From the IMG/VR virus record IMGVR_UViG_3300027797_000021, positions 1 through 64,000 of that record: DNA of 64,000 nt. The stretch is one strand, 5' to 3'. This DNA is from a virus. Positions 44,901 through 52,340 of this stretch are shown here, piece after piece (position 1 is the stretch's first letter; every line of letters begins with the position of its first letter). The notes under the pieces were generated by a model. The model ran no database searches, had not been told where the DNA came from, and saw only the letters and a list, made by a program, of their open reading frames with translations. Position numbers and translations under genes: made by a program.

Positions 44901-47404
44901 ATATGAAGACCATCGGATTTAGTTACAACTCTTAAAGCCAAGTTATTGGTGGGTGTTGTGCCACCAAGTTGTGCGCCAGGAATAGTAATTACATTACCTA
45001 CTTGGTAGTTTGAACCACCGCTGGTTACGGTAACTACAATGTTTCCAGGAACAAAACCATTAAGCGACCCAGTTTTCTGAATAGTAAATACTGCGCCAGA
45101 ACCAGCAGTGCCAGAGGATCCCCCAGTGACTGTGCCCGTTACTCCAGTAACGGTTCCCGACCAACCTGCAGTGCCAGTTCCAGTCCCAGGTCCAGTCGCA
45201 GTAAAAACAGTACCAATCGTATTATTTGCTGCGCCAATTGCGGTAAAGTCCGTTGTACCAACGGTGACTATAGTGTAACTCTGTCCACTGGCAAAATTAC
45301 CTGCAGAGGTGACATTGTTCCCCGTAAAACTTGCAGTGCCAGTTCCAGTTCCAGGTCCAGTCGCAGTAAAAACAACACCAACCGTATTGCTTGCTGCGCC
45401 AATTGCGGTAAAGGATGTATTTCCAACTGCGGAAATAGTGTAAACTCTTCCAGTCACAAAACTACCTGCAGTGACTGTAACTCCCGCAACGGTAAATGTT
45501 GTACTGCCGTTAGTATCAAGTGCAGACTTTGGGTTTTGGTTACCCGAAAAATAAAACTGAGTAGTGCTGGCTACGGTAACTGTTCTTGTAGTATCATAGG
45601 AACTCGGTATTGTACCAGTTATCGCAACGGTGTCACCGTTACTAAGGCCATGAGGTGCTGATGTAACGTAGGATGTTGTAGCAAAGGTTGTAGAGTAACT
45701 GGCGCCAGATATGTTAACAAACTTTCTTCTGCCAGCATTATAGTCTTGGACTGTTCTTAGGTATCTAACGTACCATGAATAGTCCACAAGGATTGGCGTG
45801 TAGGCATACTCTATTCCGGTCTTATGTACTCCGGCTATAGACATTGACCCATCGAATGATATAGTGGATTTCTCTAATGATTCTAGAATGAATCTTCCGT
45901 CAGAAAAATCTCCAATACCTGGCTGATAATATTCCGATAGCGGAGATGCGTCCGTATCATATATGGCAGGTATTCTAGATATACCTTCTCCGTCCATCCC
46001 AGAGTAGTCCCAAGTTCCCTCACCCCATCTAACATATCCTATATTAGATGGGTATCTATTATTTAAGTCTTCTACTAGATCTTTGAACATTTTTTCTGGC
46101 TTACCAGAAGGGGAAAAATACGGTGTTGTTTTTTCTAAATCTGAAATTTCATAAATACTTGGAAAAGCTTGAGTGCTGTCAGAGTCTACGTCTACGCCAT
46201 AAGCCTTCCATATGTCCAACTCTCTTCTTAGTGTTCTCTTTAGACCGTCACTATGGATTCCTGGAATATTCTTAGATACATCTAATATTCTTTGCTTGTA
46301 TCTTAAGTTAGTTTCTTTATATAGTCTTTCTAGGCCTACTCTTGCGCCAAATTCATCAAAGTTATTAAATATATTAACTGCATATTGCTCGTAAGGAGTT
46401 CCGTTTATGGAAAGCGTTACATACTCTCTCATGACAAGGATCTGTTTATCCATTGGATTATAATAATAAACATGATCTGTTATTCTACTTCTGTGAAAAT
46501 CTGATAAAGAATTTACAGGTGAAAGGATAACATCATCGCCTACAATGGTCTGGAGATTAGTTGGCACATCATAAGAGACATAGGCCCATGCAAGCATGTT
46601 TTCATCGGCGCTATTAATGTACGCATTAATATCCCTTAGGTCGATCTCCGAAACAATAGCATCTATGTTTTCTTGAACCAATGCTGTCAGAAATTTACCA
46701 CCTGTAGACTGAGGGATAGCTAAGGAGGGGGTAGCGGGCTCTAGGGAGTCATCAAATAACTTTGTCCACGTTGGAAATCTTCTTAAGATATTCCTTGCTG
46801 AATTTGATATTACTGGAGACGTAGGCTCGTGTATGCCTATTTCCAAATAAAATAGCAGTCCCAGCGTGGATACGTCTATATTCTCAGAGAATATTTCAAG
46901 TTCTATTTTTATCCATGGCTTAGCGTTTCTAATAAATATAATATTAGAATCAAACGATAGAGAAGACTTTAGCCATGGACCATCTTCCGTATCTGACTCA
47001 TGCATCTGGATATTGAAAGAAGGTACTTCAAATCCTGGTAAGTTTGTAAAGGTATGTTTATAGGCTAGAACGTCTATTCTTGAGCTAGTATCCAGGAAGC
47101 GTATTAAGTCAGGCGTAGCTGGCTCATAAACTATTTCACCGGCATTAGTTACGTACAGTGCATTTGCGCTAAGGGGCGTCGACATATCATTAGAATAGGA
47201 TGGTGAGGTTACTTCCGTGCCCACGTAAGTGTTGTCACCGATTAGATTAAGGCCATAGCGAGATCTGGTATATGAGTAGTTATTGTACTGACTATTGCTA
47301 TATAGGTTTACGGGATTAGTACTTGTCCATAGCGAATTTCCCGTTAAAGAGTCATATGTTTTAGTGAAATCTCCACTTTTAAAAAGTAACAAGTACTGCT
47401 TCAT
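41936..47404 (-). CDS. Baseplate wedge (gpI/gp7-like) mega-protein with an internal Thr/Gly-rich insert
   Basis: FDEFGARVGLERLYKETNLRYKQRIL resembles the wedge motif; directly downstream of baseplate J. Confidence 0.7.
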   Translation of the reverse strand: MKQYLLLFKSGDFTKTYDSLTGNSLWTSTNPVNLYSNSQYNNYSYTRSRYGLNLIGDNTYVGTEVTSPSYSNDMSTPLSANALYVTNAGEIVYEPATPDLIRFLDTSSRIDVLAYKHTFTNLPGFEVPSFNIQMHESDTEDGPWLKSSLSFDSNIIFIRNAKPWIKIELEIFSENIDVSTLGLLFYLEIGIHEPTSPVISNSARNILRRFPTWTKLFDDSLEPATPSLAIPQSTGGKFLTALVQENIDAIVSEIDLRDINAYINSADENMLAWAYVSYDVPTNLQTIVGDDVILSPVNSLSDFHRSRITDHVYYYNPMDKQILVMREYVTLSINGTPYEQYAVNIFNNFDEFGARVGLERLYKETNLRYKQRILDVSKNIPGIHSDGLKRTLRRELDIWKAYGVDVDSDSTQAFPSIYEISDLEKTTPYFSPSGKPEKMFKDLVEDLNNRYPSNIGYVRWGEGTWDYSGMDGEGISRIPAIYDTDASPLSEYYQPGIGDFSDGRFILESLEKSTISFDGSMSIAGVHKTGIEYAYTPILVDYSWYVRYLRTVQDYNAGRRKFVNISGASYSTTFATTSYVTSAPHGLSNGDTVAITGTIPSSYDTTRTVTVASTTQFYFSGNQNPKSALDTNGSTTFTVAGVTVTAGSFVTGRVYTISAVGNTSFTAIGAASNTVGVVFTATGPGTGTGTASFTGNNVTSAGNFASGQSYTIVTVGTTDFTAIGAANNTIGTVFTATGPGTGTGTAGWSGTVTGVTGTVTGGSSGTAGSGAVFTIQKTGSLNGFVPGNIVVTVTSGGSNYQVGNVITIPGAQLGGTTPTNNLALRVVTKSDGLHISGTGKVNNVNKADVGVGLTYEIIMPPHDNYTTPSTFYSNLNYTNREDFYVGNRLPATSSASPEFNYIRIFDQEGNTIPDVVFKDKVYNQIYLNTHASPITNSITFNDASSVKIVFSNGGWNYVSQAYDTSLATASYRASFSTSTPSYYVNPTVNSQISMATPNRRPQDANIKIGSTDYSTKIASLNTNPLQSTFSLNPQNDPTILGTSTKSIYVNEMLDRVILPFDATPQYLYVDVSAPNGVGYFGSEDIETNIIGGRTINPDDNSQYLVPSSPNIKWKPFSSSNISLGSSNYFNSATINYASTPHYLLIESATSSYYPIYFDAYESFTAQTTPNLFGGYIDSLDNVYETGENPLNSYFNTDSFLSKIYLSKESFGLLQDDVYIIKDATLNTAQNSVQAYVESQDALLNNLNSSFSQDVETYIDVHAKKDKFLIQEQRSALHTGWIYLEENDYYIYANPVTESSSGRFFSVNLLNTPRNGAPVLVDVDGQNYRNMAFEDAATPGKLTFENSEIVNASANEIIYLAYKDISNVSVLDNYTGKEVLDTILVSENQITLTNEATPQSAATPFIYDREYLVSYKVNNAWYLDNDVYDPIADAYNSVIYFSSTPNSNSSYNITYENSINDITYPINLHLNSSLNPIDEGYIYVSKEDYPFSHVEAHLSPAYISDSTSDLMYLSLVSHDNQYNLKPGQTFAISGDLISATPSFITTSDNGLATAIIRYDGDIPAVYREGVIDIVGIGSATPNGEQNSSSEGYILKVPFAINRNDPFNLSVKAAASDININADGISKVSISGKIYWKNKPFNNEVQLSWNVGRTLKDLFAATPDYVINTNSNGEFTISNEITASDSSTPGYWFARVNISNEEAITSILTSSGEVLLSNDVTISGDVIYWHESYDSIQYSDENDIPLPNIYTINRQQNSQILATPSFAYEHSNAEIIYAYNSTPNWSPPKWIPLNRYDQYQMGLMGSTPYYISDYSQLHPDHEEE
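45166..45480. repeat. Tandem duplication with ~165-nt period (AG.F..G..YTI..VG.T.FTAIGAA.NT.G.VFTATGPGTGTGTA x2)
   Basis: Near-identical gcagtgccagttccagtNccaggtccagtcgcagtaaaaaca and ttgctgcgccaattgcggtaaag blocks 165 nt apart. Confidence 0.9.
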
Positions 47405-47482
47405 TTAATCCTCAGTTTAACTAAAATTAATGTTTAAATAAAGTATATTATAATATATATTTTATTTATAAATAACTTATTC

Positions 47483-48652
47483 TTAATAAGTTGTCGATCC
47501 CATTATAACAGAATTTATACTAACAGTTCCAGCTGATATATACTTTTTAATGCCTTGTAACGAAAAATCTTGTAGTGGCAGCTCTTTTCCATCGGCGGTA
47601 ATGCTAGATACAATTGTATTTCTTATATAATCAGAAGATCTGTTAATTTGGTTTTCAATTTGGGTCAAGGACATGGTATCCCCTATGGTTAGTGAATTTA
47701 AATACCTCTTAACGAATAATGATGCTTGATTTGCAATGCCGGAAGCCAAGGTCGCAGATACACCCATGGGGATTCTAATGGTAGCTGCAACTGAAACTGT
47801 AACTTTTTCTGCTATTCTAACATTGAATTTAACACCTACTGGCTTGACTGCGTTAACTGCTAATAAAATATTTTGAGGAAGATTACCTAATCCACTACTT
47901 GTTTCTGGGACTACTACAATATCGCAAGATCCTATTCCATAAGAGCCTTCTCTAATTCTAACATCTCTTACGCCCCTCACTCCTAAGGCAGCAAACCTTA
48001 CTGATTCTGCACTCCCCACTGCCTTTGACTTAATCGACGCAATTATTCTTCTTCTAAAATTAGAATCAGATTCTGAATTTATATTAGAATATACTTCTTT
48101 TGGATTATTACAAAATATGATTACTCCAGCTGGGGAAAAGAAATTGTGCTTTGTCAAAGAATTAACTGGAGCTACGTACGCATTGTCCGAGAAATTTGGT
48201 TCTACCCTACCGTAGGCTCTGGTTGAACCTGTTGGAATTACTACATCACCAGCTAGTTTAAAGCCATATTGTTTTGATATAAAATTTGACACGTCATTAT
48301 AAACCAGTACATCTTTTGGAATAGTTATAGCCGAGCTATGAGCTTTATTTATGAAGAATTCTATATTGAAGGACTGTCTATCTTGAGAAGCGTAATCTGT
48401 TATACTCTTTCTTGTTATCCCATAAAGATCGCCAATCAGATCTAGATTCCTACCAGAGGCACTAGATAGGTCCCCTTGCGTTATGTTGAACCTTAGTGCT
48501 TCGTAAAGATCTGATATTTCAGAACTAAAAGCTTCCGCAAAAGCTCTAGCAATGGAACCTGGATAGACTGCCGATATTGCTGCGTCTTTTTGTAAAGAAT
48601 TCAATATACTTACTAATATATCTGATTTACTTTTAATACCATAAACGGACAT
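47483..48652 (-). CDS. Baseplate J-like (gp6) wedge protein
   Basis: PGSIARAF, ASGRNLDLIG, ESDSNFRRRI, GVRDV, KPVGV. Confidence 0.9.
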   Translation of the reverse strand: MSVYGIKSKSDILVSILNSLQKDAAISAVYPGSIARAFAEAFSSEISDLYEALRFNITQGDLSSASGRNLDLIGDLYGITRKSITDYASQDRQSFNIEFFINKAHSSAITIPKDVLVYNDVSNFISKQYGFKLAGDVVIPTGSTRAYGRVEPNFSDNAYVAPVNSLTKHNFFSPAGVIIFCNNPKEVYSNINSESDSNFRRRIIASIKSKAVGSAESVRFAALGVRGVRDVRIREGSYGIGSCDIVVVPETSSGLGNLPQNILLAVNAVKPVGVKFNVRIAEKVTVSVAATIRIPMGVSATLASGIANQASLFVKRYLNSLTIGDTMSLTQIENQINRSSDYIRNTIVSSITADGKELPLQDFSLQGIKKYISAGTVSINSVIMGSTTY

Positions 48653-48655
48653 TTA

Positions 48656-49036
48656 TTAATCTCCTAGATTTTGACTTATTGATAACATAATGGGTTCGTC
48701 TATATCGGATACTATGTGAATATCAAACTTAATAGTATCCCTGCTGGTTGGAACAGCGGTAATCTTAATGTTGCGTCCCTTGAAAAGGCCTTCTTTTTGA
48801 AGCCCAGCCATAATGAGAGCTTTACCAAATTCTGCTGTCTCTTTTGTCTGTGGCAGTCCGTAGAGTCTGGATAAATCTATTCCGAGTTGTGGATATATAT
48901 AGAAATCTCCAGGCTCTGTCATTAGCCTTAGGTAGATTTGCTGGATATCTTCATGCAAAGAGGATGGAGCCAATCCGAGATCCCTTTTTCCATCGATAAC
49001 AAAATCTCCATCTAAGGTAAAATATAGGTCACTCAT
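48656..49036 (-). CDS. Baseplate wedge gp25/GpW-like protein
   Basis: DL....GD, Q.I.LRL.TEPGDF..YPQLG.DL. Confidence 0.8.
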   Translation of the reverse strand: MSDLYFTLDGDFVIDGKRDLGLAPSSLHEDIQQIYLRLMTEPGDFYIYPQLGIDLSRLYGLPQTKETAEFGKALIMAGLQKEGLFKGRNIKITAVPTSRDTIKFDIHIVSDIDEPIMLSISQNLGD

Positions 49037-49673
49037 TTACTGCCTCTAATGCTAACTGGTGTGCCTGCTCGAAGGATATTCCCTCTTTCATAAGACTTAT
49101 CATATATACGATATGCTCTTTGGAATAATCTGATTGATATATTTCCAGTAAACCTATTTGCTCATTTGTCAATCCATCTATACTATATTCTGATTGATAA
49201 TTTTGCTTTAATTGGTCGACTACTGGAGCAAATCCATACTCACCAGTTATAGTAATGGGCTTTTGCTTTTCCTCCTGGTCATATTTCTTAGCTATATCTA
49301 AATAATAGCTAACGCCATTCTGGGCAGAATGTATCGATTTAGTATTTATTTTCACTAAAGTTGGTTCAATATAGGACGAGGCTGCATAGTTAAAATTGTA
49401 GCTATTCCACCTAAGGCCATCTTCTTTCGTATGCATTCTGACGGAGTCGCCAAAAAAGGATATTGACTTTGATCTTGCGCTAATAATTATTCCTATACCG
49501 GGAGCAGCAAATATTTCTATATCCCCTTCGTCATTTAACCTAATAAAACTAGATAAGTCGGGGTGCGTTAGTCCAACTTCTCTATCGGAAAATTCTTTTC
49601 TTTTTTTCATTTCAGAAGATACAGGTAGAGCTGGATCTTGGTAATTAATATTATTCATTGACCGTCTGCTCAT
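49029..49673 (-). CDS. Baseplate spike-associated protein (beta-rich)
   Basis: GLTHP..SSFIRLNDEGDIEI; lies between the OB-fold spike gene and gp25. Confidence 0.55.
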   Translation of the reverse strand: MSRRSMNNINYQDPALPVSSEMKKRKEFSDREVGLTHPDLSSFIRLNDEGDIEIFAAPGIGIIISARSKSISFFGDSVRMHTKEDGLRWNSYNFNYAASSYIEPTLVKINTKSIHSAQNGVSYYLDIAKKYDQEEKQKPITITGEYGFAPVVDQLKQNYQSEYSIDGLTNEQIGLLEIYQSDYSKEHIVYMISLMKEGISFEQAHQLALEAVNE

Positions 49674-50041
49674 TAGTGGACCATAAACCTTGGTATTCCG
49701 GTGTTTACCCTGTATTGATAGGCTCTATTATATCCAGAATTTGTATCGTCATAATAGTTTATTACATAAGGCTTTGCTTCATTATTATCTCTGAAACCTA
49801 TTAGACACCTAGAGCCTGGTACCGGAGCAACAATCTGGACTCCCCTAACACTGGGGCATACTACGTCTTTAACTATATTTCCTATGTTTTCTGAATGATG
49901 ATCTTCCAATACTACAACTGCAGTGTTGTTACTATTATTGTAGGACATGATTACTCCAGGCCTTGATCTTGACCTTTGCATCTGGGATAGATCAATTTGG
50001 TCTTGTATTTTCTTATCAAATTTTGGATAATTGGCTGGCAT
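49673..50041 (-). CDS. Baseplate spike N-terminal OB-fold (gp5/gpV-like)
   Basis: GVIMSYN....TAVV, P.PGSRCLIGF.....PYVI. Confidence 0.7.
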   Translation of the reverse strand: MPANYPKFDKKIQDQIDLSQMQRSRSRPGVIMSYNNSNNTAVVVLEDHHSENIGNIVKDVVCPSVRGVQIVAPVPGSRCLIGFRDNNEAKPYVINYYDDTNSGYNRAYQYRVNTGIPRFMVH

Positions 50042-50072
50042 AAAAGATCTCCTTATTTATGAATTATTGTGC

Positions 50073-52331
50073 TTAATCATTTACTAAATATTCTCCATTT
50101 AGCCATCTATCGATGTATGTGGCAGAATTCTTGCCTTGTGTACCAGCATCCTTGGCGTATACGTCTTTAACCCATTGTTTCAATGCTGCTTCAGTGCCTC
50201 CACCATTTACGTAAACTTCTACGGCGTCGCTAAACTTAACTGATCCTATCCATCCATATGGGTCTTTGTAATTATCTCCCCACGCTTGGAATTGATATCC
50301 GGTTTCTGGGATCGTTCCTAATTTTGTAAAAAGATAAGATGGAGGACCTCCCGTCCTCAAGGTGTAAAACATATATGCCTGGTTTAATGGTATCCAAACC
50401 CTACGGTCAACTAGTTCTCTGAGTTTTTCAACAGCACCGTTGTGACTGCCTGAATAAAATAATTCTAATTTATATTTTTCATTTAATTTTTCATTATAAT
50501 TATCCACAGTAGGAGGTTGTTCTCCCGGATAAACTGTAGTCCAATTCTTGCTTGCTAGCTGCCATCCTTGCATCTGTTCTTTAGTCGTTGCATCTGTTAA
50601 TTCATAGATTTTTCTACCGTGCGCTGATCCATCGCCAGAATTTCTGCTAATTGTTCCATTGCTATATTCCCTAAATCCACCAGCGCCCATATTAATTTGA
50701 AATATACCCAAAGACATAAAGTCTCCACTTAAAGTTTTCGGATTGCATGAAGTCGGATTACCTCCACCACTTTCCCTAACGGTAATTGCTGCAAAAATTG
50801 CTGCGGTTTCTTTTCCGCATACTGTGGTATGTAGCAGCTCGTAAACTGCGTCTCGCCCTATATTCTCTCCCCAACGACCATAATAATTTGTTGTAAGGTT
50901 AGAACTAGGAGCGACTACTGTCGGAATGGGAATTAAACCTCCATCGATAGGATCAATCATATACCCAGGAGGTATTTCACCATTAGTACCTTCGTCAGGA
51001 ACAATCCCTGCTGGAGTCATTGCTCCGCCGGGGCCAGTATATTTTCCTGCGCGCATTCCACTAAAGCTTAGGTGTATATGATTGGTATGGTTATTGTCTC
51101 TATTGTCGGCAAAAAAGTTTACATATTCTAGCCACGGTCGACTCAGTTTAAATGCGTTGGTACTTGCATCATTGTTGCCACTTTGGTCGACGCCATAACC
51201 AATGGCGTAGTCTTGATGAATGCACAATAGGTCTGGCAGCAAGTACGGAGCTACATCCCCTAAGGTGTCCAGTAGTAATGTTAAAGCACCGTCGTATACG
51301 TCTTTAGTAACTCCGGGACTCAGATTTATTGCATCACTATTAATGTTGCCAACTGAAAATATGTCAACGGCTCTTCCACTAGAGTGATCGCTCAGCCATA
51401 CGTTACCTTCATCATTTGGTTGCTTTGTCAACGCTCTTCCAGCACTGAATTGGCCATTAATAACTACGCCCTTTGAATGTAAAGCCAGTAGCAGCTCTAT
51501 TAAAGCAGGAGCTACATAGGCATTTATGTCCGTTGGATCTTCTAGAATAATATCTTTAGAAATGATCCTCTGTGACTCACCCACTATGGCATCTGGAAAA
51601 TATGTATCTTCTCCGTTAAATACCGTGATTCCATCGGCAGCATATGTATTTGCAATGTCAAATTTAAAACTTGTATCAGTAAAAGTACTAGGATACTTGG
51701 AACGCAATACATCTACTCTTTCTTGATACCATCCTTTTTCTTGTTCCGTCATTTGACTAAAGAGTGCTACATTTCTCATTCCTGCACTCTGGGTTTCGGT
51801 GGATGGTATGTTATCTCCGGTAGATGGATCTGCTCTAGTGCCTGAGGTCTGTGTACCGTAGTTACCAACACTTATCTGCTGCATATTGGCTATTGAACTA
51901 CTAACAAACGATCCACTAAAATTTTTTCCACTTAATGAATTTGCTATAATTCTATTGATTGCAGCTCCTCCAGTTAGTGTACTAGACGCCTCATCCTCTC
52001 GTTGACTTTCAGGATTGTTAACCTTAACATTTGGATTTTCTTGATTGCCCGCTGACGCTATTGATCCGCTACCTGTAATTAATGTATTTAGTGAAGAGGA
52101 TACACTTTTATTCATTGCGGCAACGGCATACTTTGGGCTTCTAAAGAACGCATCACCATTTATCACATCGGATAGTGTTCTCGCGCTCAATGTTTGACCA
52201 ACCATGGGTCTACTTACTGAGGCGCTAGTATTTTTTACTGGCGTTTTTCCACCCGGAAAAAAGTCTGCGTGCAACGAAGTTGCAAATGATGCTGAATCGG
52301 CTAAGGCTGCATTATTAAAACTAAAAGACAT
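50073..52331 (-). CDS. Tail-associated lysin: Zn peptidase (M15-like) plus lytic transglycosylase
   Basis: SDHSSGRAVDI...HTNHIHLSF; AAITVRESGGGNP...SLGIFQINM. Confidence 0.78.
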   Translation of the reverse strand: MSFSFNNAALADSASFATSLHADFFPGGKTPVKNTSASVSRPMVGQTLSARTLSDVINGDAFFRSPKYAVAAMNKSVSSSLNTLITGSGSIASAGNQENPNVKVNNPESQREDEASSTLTGGAAINRIIANSLSGKNFSGSFVSSSIANMQQISVGNYGTQTSGTRADPSTGDNIPSTETQSAGMRNVALFSQMTEQEKGWYQERVDVLRSKYPSTFTDTSFKFDIANTYAADGITVFNGEDTYFPDAIVGESQRIISKDIILEDPTDINAYVAPALIELLLALHSKGVVINGQFSAGRALTKQPNDEGNVWLSDHSSGRAVDIFSVGNINSDAINLSPGVTKDVYDGALTLLLDTLGDVAPYLLPDLLCIHQDYAIGYGVDQSGNNDASTNAFKLSRPWLEYVNFFADNRDNNHTNHIHLSFSGMRAGKYTGPGGAMTPAGIVPDEGTNGEIPPGYMIDPIDGGLIPIPTVVAPSSNLTTNYYGRWGENIGRDAVYELLHTTVCGKETAAIFAAITVRESGGGNPTSCNPKTLSGDFMSLGIFQINMGAGGFREYSNGTISRNSGDGSAHGRKIYELTDATTKEQMQGWQLASKNWTTVYPGEQPPTVDNYNEKLNEKYKLELFYSGSHNGAVEKLRELVDRRVWIPLNQAYMFYTLRTGGPPSYLFTKLGTIPETGYQFQAWGDNYKDPYGWIGSVKFSDAVEVYVNGGGTEAALKQWVKDVYAKDAGTQGKNSATYIDRWLNGEYLVND

Positions 52332-52340
52332 TTATTACTC

